A stretch of 64,000 bases of DNA from a virus (Duplodnaviria; Caudoviricetes), in IMG/VR virus record IMGVR_UViG_3300042397_003635; one strand, given 5' to 3'. This document shows positions 18,090 through 28,013 of this stretch, one piece after another. Under the pieces are notes generated by a model. The model was not told where the DNA came from. It did no database searches and saw only the letters and a list, made by a program, of their open reading frames with translations. Position 1 is the stretch's first letter. Each line of letters begins with the position of its first letter. The position numbers were made by a program, and so were the translations under genes.

Positions 18090-19535
18090 TTATTGAACTC
18101 TGTATGTAATTTCAATATCATCAGTTGTCTCAATTACATAAGGCAACCCGAGTATTCTTACTACATCCTGGTTTCCATTATATGGCCAAGACCAGTTTGT
18201 TGTTTTCTTAAGAGCTACTCCATTTACCGTTACTGAAAATACTTCGCATGCAGTATCATTTAACAAAATATCATGGACGCCAGGCGATGCTACAGAAATG
18301 CCTGTTATTTGATCAACTGCTAATTGATTATTGCTAACAGTTATAGTTAACGTATCAGTTGTACCAGCAGTCGAAGCTGATCTAGTTACGGTTAAACCTT
18401 CGCCAGATGCAAAATTAAGAGTATCTGTGTCTAAGTCAAAACTTACTGAAGCATTACCTTCAGCGCTTATGTTTAATTGACTAGCCGCACCAATTAAGGT
18501 TTTAAGATTTGCAAATGTAATCTTTTGATTAGCAGCTGCCGCTGAGCTAATTGCAATAAAGTCAGCGTCGGCAATCGTAGTAACTGTAGCTAATTCAGAA
18601 AGATCTAAATTAATAGTTAGGGTACTTCCAGAAATTGCAGTATCGATTCCATTGGATCCGCCTAAAACGTTTAAAGTATTACCTAAGGTAACTGCAGCTA
18701 GACCAGAATCAGCTTGGAAACTAGTTGTGCTTTTTTCAAGCATCGGAACGGTTACTCCACTTGCTTTAATGTATAATTGGTCTGATCCATTAATTCCAAT
18801 TGAAGAATCATCATAGTTTACGTTAAAAACTGTGCCGCTTCGGCTTAAACCGGTTCCGGCTTCAACAACACCCGCATAAGAAAATTGTGTAAATACTAAT
18901 TGAGTAGTAAATGCAAGTGAAGCTGGCACGTTTGGATCAAATAATTGAGTGATTGCTCCGTTTGGTGAAGTTAATACCCAACCAGTATCAGCAAAGATCG
19001 TACCTTGTTCAACAAAGGTAAACATACCTCCACTAACTTCTCCAGTATTTGGGGTAAGATTATCGGCGTCGATTGCTCTAATAAATTGAGTACCATTGAA
19101 TACCCAAATACCATTAATTTTTTGACGAGCACTAGATGGAGCAGATGCAATTAGAACTCGGTCCTCTGGCTGAAGCTCATAACCATCAAAGGCAGGCTGG
19201 TTCATTGGCTGACCGCCTTCAATAAACGTAACTAATGTGTTTATATCAAGTTGTGAGTTACCTCCGTCGTATGTATTAACTGGCTGTACGCCATTTATTG
19301 GAACATCTCGGAAAATTGCTTTAACTGAATTTTTAACATCTAGACCAGTTGCAACTGAATCTACATAGGCTTTACGAACAACATCGCTATCACCGATTGG
19401 ATCAGCATTGATTTGCATTCTAGCAGCCGAACCTAATGTAATCGTACCAGTACTTAGTGTAACTGCACCAGCGTCTGATAACTTGGTTAAACTTACCGAA
19501 GTATCTTGTATTTGTTTACCTTTAATTAGTGCCAT
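18090..19535 (-). CDS. Tail/collar fibre-like structural protein
   Basis: DVVRKAYVDSVATGLDVKNSV...KINGIWV...RAIDAD...EVSGGMFTFVEQGT...DTGWVL...FTQFS fibre module. Confidence 0.65.
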   Translation of the reverse strand: MALIKGKQIQDTSVSLTKLSDAGAVTLSTGTITLGSAARMQINADPIGDSDVVRKAYVDSVATGLDVKNSVKAIFRDVPINGVQPVNTYDGGNSQLDINTLVTFIEGGQPMNQPAFDGYELQPEDRVLIASAPSSARQKINGIWVFNGTQFIRAIDADNLTPNTGEVSGGMFTFVEQGTIFADTGWVLTSPNGAITQLFDPNVPASLAFTTQLVFTQFSYAGVVEAGTGLSRSGTVFNVNYDDSSIGINGSDQLYIKASGVTVPMLEKSTTSFQADSGLAAVTLGNTLNVLGGSNGIDTAISGSTLTINLDLSELATVTTIADADFIAISSAAAANQKITFANLKTLIGAASQLNISAEGNASVSFDLDTDTLNFASGEGLTVTRSASTAGTTDTLTITVSNNQLAVDQITGISVASPGVHDILLNDTACEVFSVTVNGVALKKTTNWSWPYNGNQDVVRILGLPYVIETTDDIEITYRVQ

Positions 19536-19561
19536 TATTTATGGAGTCTTTTTATTTAAGT

Positions 19562-19569
19562 TATTTATT
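19562..19569 (-). promoter_or_regulatory. Late-like promoter box AATAAATA
   Basis: Intergenic, upstream of ATG 19535. Confidence 0.55.
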
Positions 19570-19575
19570 TGTTGA

Positions 19576-20853
19576 TTAAGGATTAAATGTGAATGCCCAT
19601 TCTACTGGTAAAGCCAACGTACCTGTTCCAGAAACATAGCTTACACCAAACTGAATTAAATCTTGCCCAAGTGCCTGAACTGATGTAATTGTCCAAGTTC
19701 CATAATTAGCAGACGGAGCAGTTGTGTCAAATCCAGAAATAGTCGATCCAATTTGTCTACCACTTAAATATGTCATAATATTACCGGTAGATACTCCATT
19801 TGAATCTTTGGCCGTAGCATTAAAATAGAATCCAGTTAAGGTATTGGGTGAACCACTTCCAGTTGGAGAATATGTATATAGCGTGGTAAAAGGATCGCCA
19901 TTTGTCCAATAGTATGTACCAATTGGCGAAGCCAAAGTAACTGTACCTCCGCTAAAATATTCAAGAAGAATAAGATCGGTTGTTTCTAGTCCGTGCTCTA
20001 AATAGGCTGGACGAACATAAAGAGAATCTCCTGCTTGTACCTGAGCTAATAATAATTGATTACCTCCGCCGGTTCTGCTAAAGAAGAAAGGCGATGTATT
20101 GGAATCAGTTAGGAGTCGTCTTACTCCGTTTACGCTAATACAAACAGTTGAGTCTACGTGAATCGCTTTAGTAATTGGTGTATTTGCTGCAAGAGAATAG
20201 CTTCCAGTATTTGAAGTGTAGGCAACTTGATTAGCATTTCCCTGTTCAGCGCTTGGCGTAATTGGCGCAACTAGACTTGGAATAACTCGGATATGACCTT
20301 TCATCAAGGTTTGATTTGCAGTACATACGTAAAATAAATCATCTGGAGCATCAAATGGAACTGTCCATAAGATATAACCACCGGTATTTTGAGTGTTTGA
20401 TCCAGTACCGCTAGTTGGCATTCCGACTGAATACGCTGTGCCGTTTGCACTTCGGATTTGAAGAGTATGACCTACACTTGAGGCAACTTTAAATTTGTAA
20501 ATATTTCCTCTAAAAACATAGATTGTAGGATTGGCATTATTACCACTATTAAAATCAGATGCCTCATTTACTAACCATGAAGTATTTTGAGGATGCGCAA
20601 CAAATGTTAGGAGGTTTGCATTAGTTGGTGAAAATTCAATAAGATCTGCATCTAGAACTCCATCTTTAAACCAATACATTTTATTATCGTCATTATCGAC
20701 GATTCTAACCATCATTGTAGGAAATCTAATGGCTTGTGGAATATTAGATAACGCTTCAGTTGTAGTTGAATATGGACCAGAATAACCATCTACTGGAACT
20801 GGATTAACTGGTGTAATACCATAAGGTAATTGAAGTCCTGGTGTAAAACTCAT
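19576..20853 (-). CDS. Virion structural protein with a cupredoxin-like domain
   Basis: NPTIYVFRGNIYKF...GHTLQI...ILWTVPFDAPDDLFYVCTANQTLMKGHIRV resembles the cupredoxin-like domain of aquatic myophage fibres. Confidence 0.55.
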   Translation of the reverse strand: MSFTPGLQLPYGITPVNPVPVDGYSGPYSTTTEALSNIPQAIRFPTMMVRIVDNDDNKMYWFKDGVLDADLIEFSPTNANLLTFVAHPQNTSWLVNEASDFNSGNNANPTIYVFRGNIYKFKVASSVGHTLQIRSANGTAYSVGMPTSGTGSNTQNTGGYILWTVPFDAPDDLFYVCTANQTLMKGHIRVIPSLVAPITPSAEQGNANQVAYTSNTGSYSLAANTPITKAIHVDSTVCISVNGVRRLLTDSNTSPFFFSRTGGGNQLLLAQVQAGDSLYVRPAYLEHGLETTDLILLEYFSGGTVTLASPIGTYYWTNGDPFTTLYTYSPTGSGSPNTLTGFYFNATAKDSNGVSTGNIMTYLSGRQIGSTISGFDTTAPSANYGTWTITSVQALGQDLIQFGVSYVSGTGTLALPVEWAFTFNP

Positions 20854-20855
20854 GG

Positions 20856-23087
20856 TTATGCGATAGTTATTTGGTGACGGTGATCAGCACTATAAGGAAT
20901 AGCATTGGTCAACGTGTATATTTTATATGCAACTGGAGCTCCTCCACCATCATTAACATTAAATGTTGAAAGTACATAGTTTGCTGTGATATTTGCGTTT
21001 AGTGCATCTAAGTCTAATACTTGAGTTAGAGACATTGTTGCCGGCACTGCCACGGTAAATATAGTTTGAGCAGCTCCAGTATTTAGGATAAAGGTATTTC
21101 CAGCATCGGTAAATCTCTTATTGGCTAGTGCTCTAACTCCAGCTGAATTTGTTGGTGCGCTTGCACTAGGTCCATAGAATACCACGTATTTGTAAGTTAT
21201 GTTATATGACGCAGTTGCAGTTGTATAAGAATCTGTAACTGAAACTCGATAGGTTGCACTGGTGGCAGACGAAGTAATTGAAGTATCTGTAAAATTCGTA
21301 AAGCTTCCTCCAGCATCAGCTAAGGTTCCAGCAGTTCCGATATTTGTATAGGCTCCACCATTAAATGAAACCGCATATTGATAACCGCTAATTGGGACAT
21401 TAACTCTATTTCTAGAAGTTGATCCTTGTAAAACCGATGACGTATTTCCGCGTTCTCTAACTTGATTGCTTTCAATATTAAGAGCTAGCGTTGAGGCTGG
21501 CGCGCTAAATGAAATACTTGGAGATTGATATGATTGTGGTGTAATTGTCCAAGTTGCAGTCGCAGTTGCGCTAGCACTATCAGTTACAATATATTGATAA
21601 TTGAATGGTTGCGTATTAAATGCAGTATCAGTTAGGGAGTGGGTATAGGTTGAAGCATTAACATCTGACATTAAAGTTGTCCAAGCGCCTGAGCCATTAC
21701 GCCTCCACTGTAAAACTGCAGTTGCCACATTTGCACCAAGCGTATTAATTGTTTTGGAAAAATTTAGGACATTTACAATTGGGAGTTGATTAAATAAGAT
21801 ACTTGTAGGGGAACTTAGAGACACCGTAGGCGCAATAGGTTCTTGTGAAATAAGGTTAAACACCTCTTCAGCAGTTTTACCCGCAGCGGGAATCGTTTCG
21901 CCACTATTATATCGACCTACCGATTTACCAAATGGTAAACTTACAACAATATCTGCATCAAATGTAGGAGGAGCGATTGGTCTTATAAAAACTGTTACCT
22001 TATCACTAGATGGATCGGCTACTGCTAAAATTGATGAACTTAGGTTAGATGGACCCTCTTTAAAATCGAGTTGTTCCATTTTAGTTAAGTTTGTAGCAGG
22101 ATCAGTTGATGCAATATCGGTTCCATCATTACTTACAGTAAATGCAGAAACTGAATTAAGCGCTTCGGAATCAATTGAGATTGAAATCTGTTTGGTCGCT
22201 GGATTAAAATTAATATTAACTCCATCTTCTCCAGCAATTCTAACCGTATCATTAATTGAGGCAGCTTCAAATTGGATAGATCCGCTTGCACTTGCAATTT
22301 TAGAAAATCCTGGAGTTTGAACTGGCGAATTAATTGTTACCTTATTGGTTGCGTTATTAAATGAAACTGTAGTATCTCCAGTACCTTCAATTCTAAAAAT
22401 ACTTTCTGGACCGGCTGCTGTTAGTTGAACGTTACCTAGAGCATTTGCAATTTGACTAAATGAATTAGTATTAGCATTTGCTGAACTAATTATGACTCTC
22501 TTATTTACTGAGTCTAAAGTTACGGTAGTACCGCCCTGTCCTTCAAATCCTAAAGTATCAGTTGCATTACTTGCTCCAAATATTACGGTACCTTGCGCAT
22601 TGGCAATTCCAGTAAATGCTGTTCCAACTGGACCAGATGCAGCTTGACCGCTGGAGAGCTTAACCCAACCGTTATCTTCAGTATAACCATAGAAACCTTC
22701 TCCGGCTGGAGCCGTATCGTTTGCATAAATTACATCTCCAATAATACCAGCCGCTGCAAGCTTTCCAGTATTATCTTGAAGTCTAAGTAAAGGTGTTTGA
22801 AATAGATTAGCAAGGGCAGATTGGGTTGTTAAAACGCCATCTGCATCAACCTGCATTTTAATTGAACCATTCTGAACAACTCGTATCGTTGAACTTGCAA
22901 CAATTGAAGTTGCATTGATTTGATTTACCGAAATATTATTATTGGTTTCGTCAAATGAAATCGCCGATAAAAATGCCTGGATGGCTGCCTGTAAATTATC
23001 AAAATTCTGGTTAGACGTCGATATACTCGAGCTTAAGCTTGAATCAGATAAATCCGTAATGTTTGTTAAGTTAGAATAGACTCCCAT
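20856..23087 (-). CDS. Large beta-rich virion structural protein with Ig-like C-terminal part
   Basis: 743 aa, Ser/Thr/Asn-rich; three internal repeats of the type FSxIAxAxGxxxFxAxxxxDTxxxxGxxG; late box upstream. Confidence 0.55.
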   Translation of the reverse strand: MGVYSNLTNITDLSDSSLSSSISTSNQNFDNLQAAIQAFLSAISFDETNNNISVNQINATSIVASSTIRVVQNGSIKMQVDADGVLTTQSALANLFQTPLLRLQDNTGKLAAAGIIGDVIYANDTAPAGEGFYGYTEDNGWVKLSSGQAASGPVGTAFTGIANAQGTVIFGASNATDTLGFEGQGGTTVTLDSVNKRVIISSANANTNSFSQIANALGNVQLTAAGPESIFRIEGTGDTTVSFNNATNKVTINSPVQTPGFSKIASASGSIQFEAASINDTVRIAGEDGVNINFNPATKQISISIDSEALNSVSAFTVSNDGTDIASTDPATNLTKMEQLDFKEGPSNLSSSILAVADPSSDKVTVFIRPIAPPTFDADIVVSLPFGKSVGRYNSGETIPAAGKTAEEVFNLISQEPIAPTVSLSSPTSILFNQLPIVNVLNFSKTINTLGANVATAVLQWRRNGSGAWTTLMSDVNASTYTHSLTDTAFNTQPFNYQYIVTDSASATATATWTITPQSYQSPSISFSAPASTLALNIESNQVRERGNTSSVLQGSTSRNRVNVPISGYQYAVSFNGGAYTNIGTAGTLADAGGSFTNFTDTSITSSATSATYRVSVTDSYTTATASYNITYKYVVFYGPSASAPTNSAGVRALANKRFTDAGNTFILNTGAAQTIFTVAVPATMSLTQVLDLDALNANITANYVLSTFNVNDGGGAPVAYKIYTLTNAIPYSADHRHQITIA

Positions 23088-23108
23088 CTATGCCCAGTTT
23101 GTTTTTGT

Positions 23109-23116
23109 TATTTATT
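23109..23116 (-). promoter_or_regulatory. Late-like promoter box (TAATAAATAACAAAAA)
   Basis: Intergenic, upstream of ATG 23087; extended context shared with 43743 and 49988. Confidence 0.6.
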
Positions 23117-23134
23117 AACCAGAACTGGCTTTGC

Positions 23135-24445
23135 TTAAAGAGCAATCTCAGTCTTAGAATCTTTAGTTGCATGGTATGCAAGAGGCGACCCTACGACTAG
23201 ACATTCAGTTAAATTTGCAGAAACTTGCATGTCTGGCCGACCCTTAATTGTTGATTGTTGAATCGTATTAACTCCAGATTGATTAAAATTACAATTGGAA
23301 AGATTTGAATATCTAATATCATTTTTATCAAAAATTGTACACTCTAATAATCTAGAGCTTCTAACTTTACAGTTAAGAATTGTACATTCAGAAAGTTCGG
23401 CTTGAATAGACGAATTAATAAAAACAATATTTGAAAGATTAAATCCATTTTTAATTCGACCCTCTAAAACTTCAATTTGATTAGTTTCAGAATTATAGTT
23501 GACATTTCCTCTAACAAGACCGCCGTATGTTACCAAATCAAAAAGTTTTTCTCTAACAAGATTAAATTTAGCTGATAAAATTTCTGGTCTAGGATCTAAA
23601 TCCATTGTTAATTTTATCAGTGGATATTTAGTTTCAAATGTAGAATAGCTTTTTAGTCCGCTTAGGTGGGTCTTTTGTTCAGTTAAAATTTCTTTAATTT
23701 TTGCACGATCTGTATCTGAATAAACTGAATTTGATTTTAGTGTTGAAAATAAAGATTCTATTACTAGATTTAAAAGTTCAACTGCTTGAGTTGATCTCTT
23801 TTCATAGTCCTTTCCGCCAATATACTTAACTGTTACAAAACCTTCGCTTATTCGGTCAAAGTTAACACCAAATTGTTTTGATCTTGGAAAGCTAAATTCC
23901 ATTTGTGAAGAGTAACTTCCAGCAGGAACGGTTGCTTCAGCAATAAATTTATTTTTTGGGTATATTAGATTTATAGAATGCTTGAAAATTTTACTAGAGC
24001 GAATTTCTTGGGGCCACAACTCAAATGCCTTGGCTTCATTAAAGTTAAGTAAAAATTTAAATTTATTTAGTTGAGGAATTCTTGCTCCCTCATTCATTTT
24101 TGAAAAGCCTAAATCAATCTTAACTTTACATAATTCATTAGTATAACCATTTTCTTCAATAAACTTAAATGATTTAAGTAAAGCATTAACCCCTTCATAG
24201 TAATAAACTGGGCCAATTGTCATGCGCTTCATTTTAAAACCATTATTATAGAGATTAGTTAACCTTGCTCCATTTTCTTTTACTGGTTGCCAAGCGTCCT
24301 TTGTTGCGCCAACTTCTACTTCTCTATGTAAAGAAGACTGGGCCTTTTCTGCAAGCTGTTGAATTGATTTATTTGAAAAGAAATCCACAGTAAGTACAAA
24401 CTGTGCAGATTCAACCTGTTCTCTATTTTTAATGTCTAAAATCAT
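23135..24445 (-). CDS. Degenerate amidoligase-like (Amidoligase_2-type) protein with C-terminal beta-helix-like repeats
   Basis: MTIGPVYYYEGVNALLKSFKFIEENGYTNELCKVKIDLGF and VKYIGGKDYEK resemble phage amidoligase motifs with the catalytic E/H replaced; C-terminal short C/I/S repeats. Confidence 0.4.
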   Translation of the reverse strand: MILDIKNREQVESAQFVLTVDFFSNKSIQQLAEKAQSSLHREVEVGATKDAWQPVKENGARLTNLYNNGFKMKRMTIGPVYYYEGVNALLKSFKFIEENGYTNELCKVKIDLGFSKMNEGARIPQLNKFKFLLNFNEAKAFELWPQEIRSSKIFKHSINLIYPKNKFIAEATVPAGSYSSQMEFSFPRSKQFGVNFDRISEGFVTVKYIGGKDYEKRSTQAVELLNLVIESLFSTLKSNSVYSDTDRAKIKEILTEQKTHLSGLKSYSTFETKYPLIKLTMDLDPRPEILSAKFNLVREKLFDLVTYGGLVRGNVNYNSETNQIEVLEGRIKNGFNLSNIVFINSSIQAELSECTILNCKVRSSRLLECTIFDKNDIRYSNLSNCNFNQSGVNTIQQSTIKGRPDMQVSANLTECLVVGSPLAYHATKDSKTEIAL

Positions 24446-24449
24446 AAAA

Positions 24450-24457
24450 TATTTATT
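24450..24457 (-). promoter_or_regulatory. Late-like promoter box AATAAATA
   Basis: Immediately upstream of ATG 24445. Confidence 0.5.
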
Positions 24458-26519
24458 ATCTGTTTATACCAATATAAGGAATATTTAATCTTGGACGGCA
24501 GTTATCAATTATTCTTAGGATCGATTCATCCTTAATGAATAATTGGCTGATTACAAAATCATGGTCTTCCTCTTGAACCATTGTATTAAAAATTCTAATA
24601 TTTGCAATATCAATTGGTGAAGAAACTAGTCTAAAGTTTTCATTAATTGAAAAATTAAATGAACTTGCTCCAGTTAGGGTCTTTGCTGAATTATGTAATT
24701 GCGTAATTTCATTAAAGTTATTTGCATTAGCTGGATCTTGAGTAAATCCATAAATTGTTAATGCTGCTTGATTGAATTGACTTGAAATTGGAACAAATAT
24801 TGCATACCATTTATCAATCTCTAGCCTAACTTGATTAAATTGAGTTAGGGTTGAATTTATTTCAAGTCTAACTGTTACATTTTTATCAGTTGAATTATTA
24901 ATAGTACTAATACTTCCATCCAGTTTTAATCCCTTTGAATTATTATTATCGTAAGTATCAATAAAACTAATTGAATCAGTTAGCGAGTTTATTTTAAATA
25001 GCGCAAAGAACGTCATATTAGACTTGTCTTCTCCGAGTTTTCCAACTTCATTATAGACTACTCCATAATCTCTAGTTAAAATATGCACATGTCCATTTAC
25101 ATCTTCTTCAAATGCTAATTGTCCAGGCGTAAAAAAGTTTGAATCATTATATCTGTCGATTTTAATATATCGACCTAATAATGGATCGTTTGAATTATAT
25201 GGTCCTCTAATTTTAATTGGAGCACCATTACTTAAATCATAGGTTGTTAATTTATAACCTGCCCATAGAGAAAACAGTTCAGATTCTTCGTATGCGATTA
25301 GAGTGTACTTAGTAGCCGGATCTTCATATTTAACCGAGTATTTAGTAAAATTCGTTGAAACTGGATCCACTGTAATTGGTACGCTAGGTACGCTTTTACT
25401 TTCATAATAGTATTGAATTAGCGGCGAATAATTATAGGTTAGGGCTAACTGTTTAATCTTAAGATCTGGATGAAGAGCCTTACGCGTTTCATCAAATCTA
25501 GTAGAAATTGTTTTAAATTGTTGAGGCATAGTTGCATCTTTAACCTCATCAATCATTTGATCTGCAAATAATTCGTCAGTGCTTGTAATAATATTATCTA
25601 AGAACGTACGGTCCTCGGCCTTCATCATCATATCAATATTAGGTTGGAATTTAACTAATTGAATTTTCCAATAAACTGGTTCCTGCATAATTCCACGATA
25701 TAAGTAGGTACCTTGAATTTCATACATACGATTAGTTAATGGAAAATAGAGGAAATCTTTTTTGCGAGGATGCGACGCTGCACCAAAGATTGTTTGGAAA
25801 TATTCGTGATCGAGATGGATTTCGAACGGCATTTCAAAATCAACACCAAATTCTGCGTATGTAGGCTTATTATCTGGAAATTTATTTCCGGGTACAAGGA
25901 CCTTAATGCACTTTCGGCTAATAGTTTTGAATAGAGTCCACTCTTTGAAAACATAGTCTGCAGAGTCTCTATCTGGTTCTGTTTTAAAATAAACAACTTC
26001 ATGTCCAAATAATTTATTAGTATTAAAACTTAATTGTTTAAAAATATTTACTGCCTGGTCTGCCGCATAAGGATTAAACGACATTGTACCAGTTGAAATA
26101 AGAGCTGGACAAACCTCATCACTGCAAGTAATACTTGGTGTAAATAGACTTGGTACAGAATCTGCTGCAACAATTTTAAACTTTATTTCATTTACAACAA
26201 TTGGATTTGCAAGTTGGTCCCTAGTCGTATTATTATATTCATACTTTAATTCAACAAATAAATCCGAATTGTTAAAAGCAAGTGCTGTAATGTCCGCAAT
26301 ATCATACCAAAGTGACCAGTTTCCACGGTCTACTGAATATCTAAACTTTTTGCTTAAATAGTTTTGGTTATTACCGTTTAAGTCAACATCGTCAGTAAAA
26401 CTTGTAATTGAATGTGCTCCAGCCAAAGGATCCTTTGTTGAAAATAATCTATAGTTACTACTGAATGTCAGACTTGACTTGGAAGTCTCTGGAATAAGCT
26501 TTAGGGTAATTGTCTGCAT
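24456..26519 (-). CDS. Neck/head-completion protein (T4 gp14-like domain) fused to a C-terminal LamG-like domain
   Basis: FGHEVVYFK...FGVDFEMPFEIHL...PRKKDFLYFPLTNRMYEI...YWKIQLVKFQ; C-terminal MTFFALFK...KWYAIFV...IANIRIFN. Confidence 0.55.
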   Translation of the reverse strand: MQTITLKLIPETSKSSLTFSSNYRLFSTKDPLAGAHSITSFTDDVDLNGNNQNYLSKKFRYSVDRGNWSLWYDIADITALAFNNSDLFVELKYEYNNTTRDQLANPIVVNEIKFKIVAADSVPSLFTPSITCSDEVCPALISTGTMSFNPYAADQAVNIFKQLSFNTNKLFGHEVVYFKTEPDRDSADYVFKEWTLFKTISRKCIKVLVPGNKFPDNKPTYAEFGVDFEMPFEIHLDHEYFQTIFGAASHPRKKDFLYFPLTNRMYEIQGTYLYRGIMQEPVYWKIQLVKFQPNIDMMMKAEDRTFLDNIITSTDELFADQMIDEVKDATMPQQFKTISTRFDETRKALHPDLKIKQLALTYNYSPLIQYYYESKSVPSVPITVDPVSTNFTKYSVKYEDPATKYTLIAYEESELFSLWAGYKLTTYDLSNGAPIKIRGPYNSNDPLLGRYIKIDRYNDSNFFTPGQLAFEEDVNGHVHILTRDYGVVYNEVGKLGEDKSNMTFFALFKINSLTDSISFIDTYDNNNSKGLKLDGSISTINNSTDKNVTVRLEINSTLTQFNQVRLEIDKWYAIFVPISSQFNQAALTIYGFTQDPANANNFNEITQLHNSAKTLTGASSFNFSINENFRLVSSPIDIANIRIFNTMVQEEDHDFVISQLFIKDESILRIIDNCRPRLNIPYIGINR

Positions 26520-26539
26520 TACAGATGGCGCTTTCTTTT

Positions 26540-26547
26540 TATTTATC
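26540..26547 (-). promoter_or_regulatory. Late-like promoter box GATAAATA
   Basis: Upstream of ATG 26519 in a small divergent intergenic region. Confidence 0.5.
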
Positions 26548-26572
26548 CAAGTTTGGCCTGGCGGCTAACTTA

Positions 26573-26580
26573 AATAAATA
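26573..26580 (+). promoter_or_regulatory. Late-like promoter box AATAAATA
   Basis: Upstream of ATG 26600 on the plus strand. Confidence 0.5.
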
Positions 26581-26599
26581 TCAATAAAGATCCGGCACC

Positions 26600-27400
26600 A
26601 TGAAGTCTAACTTGAATGTGCCAGTCCTGGATCCACTATGGCTGGCAAACTCTAAATATGTGGATCTCGAATACTATAATTATGTTTTGCTTGATGCTAA
26701 ACAAAGGTATCTCGCAGATCTTAAGTCGGGATCTTTTTCTAGATTCCATGAAATCCTATTTCATTATCTAAATTTAAACACGGTAATTGTCGATAAGGGA
26801 GTATACGATTCTTCATATAACTTTAAAAAGGACGATCGACACGTTATGGAAATTATTGCCTCATTAACCAGAAGTAGAGAAGAATTTGGTGGAGAAATCC
26901 TAAGAATGGGGTCTACGATTCTCTCAGAAACCCTTACTGAATATTTAGATATTATGCTAGATAAAATGGCATACACCAGACTCTATTTTAACTCAGCTAA
27001 GCTCCATAAGCTAGATTCAATTTATGTTGCTACTACGCAAAATAGGGCTAAACTAAATCATATTTGGAAGATTGCTAAAGATAAAGACGTACCATTTATG
27101 ATTAGTCATGAACATCAACTAGAAATTAATGAGTTTTCTTGTGAAGATGGAGAATTTGATGAACTACTAAGTCAAGTTAAGCCTGAAATTAAGGACTTTT
27201 CTGCTAAGAAGAATGTTATGGTAATATCGTCAGTTAAGAAAATAAAGGACGATCGGTTGTTTGATCTAGCATTAGCTACGATCGTTGCCAATAAGCTTCT
27301 GAATCACTCCAGTGGATTTAATTCCAATATCTTATTGGATATTAAGTCTACATTTGAAAGAGGCCAGGTGATCCCCTATAAGCTCAGATCTTTAACTTAG
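26600..27400 (+). CDS. Hypothetical protein (only plus-strand gene in the structural block)
   Basis: 266 aa, fills an otherwise empty gap, has its own late box; no recognisable family. Confidence 0.65.
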   Translation: MKSNLNVPVLDPLWLANSKYVDLEYYNYVLLDAKQRYLADLKSGSFSRFHEILFHYLNLNTVIVDKGVYDSSYNFKKDDRHVMEIIASLTRSREEFGGEILRMGSTILSETLTEYLDIMLDKMAYTRLYFNSAKLHKLDSIYVATTQNRAKLNHIWKIAKDKDVPFMISHEHQLEINEFSCEDGEFDELLSQVKPEIKDFSAKKNVMVISSVKKIKDDRLFDLALATIVANKLLNHSSGFNSNILLDIKSTFERGQVIPYKLRSLT

Positions 27401-28012
27401 TTATCGATTAGTATTAGCGAAAAAGTATCTATAGTCTTGCTCTAAAACAATTGAGGCTGGAATAGCTGCTTTTAAAGTTCGGTTTGGATATCTTATGATT
27501 CGGTCAATAATCTTAGAGTCAGTAGGATAGTCACGAGTTAATTCTATTAAGTATTCTCCTATTAGAGTTACGTCAGGTGAATTACGGCGGTCGACTAAAA
27601 ACGAACCCTCAGAGGAGTCCTTTTTTAAAAATCCTATCTTTTTATGAGTAATCTGGGTTGGCTTAAAATCTAGCGAAGTTATTTCAGAAAATGAAATATC
27701 GTGAATTAACTGGCTTGACCATTGTACGTCAATTAAAATTGCACTAGTATTTAGGGCTAGATCGTACATTAAATATAGATCGCTTTCGAGCTGAGTATTA
27801 TCAACATTATCTGACAATAAAACCAGATCGACATCCCAAGTTGAATTAAAGTCATATAAAATTCCACCAGTTATATGCACAGAATATCGTTCAAGAATAT
27901 CTGTGTTGGATTGTAATTCCAATAAAAAGTTTTTAACACTTTCGTATGACGGCCTATTCCACGGAATCGTCGTCGATACCTTACCAATTTGATAATAAAA
28001 TGGGAGCCCCAT
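27401..28012 (-). CDS. Putative nucleotidyltransferase (Pol-beta superfamily)
   Basis: VHITGGILYDFNSTWDVDLVL fits hG[GS]x9DhDh, with a later ILIDVQW. Start moved from 28096 to ATG 28012 (MGLPFYY), 1 nt after the upstream stop. Confidence 0.55.
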   Translation of the reverse strand: MGLPFYYQIGKVSTTIPWNRPSYESVKNFLLELQSNTDILERYSVHITGGILYDFNSTWDVDLVLLSDNVDNTQLESDLYLMYDLALNTSAILIDVQWSSQLIHDISFSEITSLDFKPTQITHKKIGFLKKDSSEGSFLVDRRNSPDVTLIGEYLIELTRDYPTDSKIIDRIIRYPNRTLKAAIPASIVLEQDYRYFFANTNR

Positions 28013-28013
28013 A

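Noticed and set aside
26600-28012. MNT-HEPN toxin-antitoxin pair
   Set aside because: The only Rx4-6H-like match (RFHEILFH) is N-terminal and weak, and the genes are convergent rather than co-transcribed
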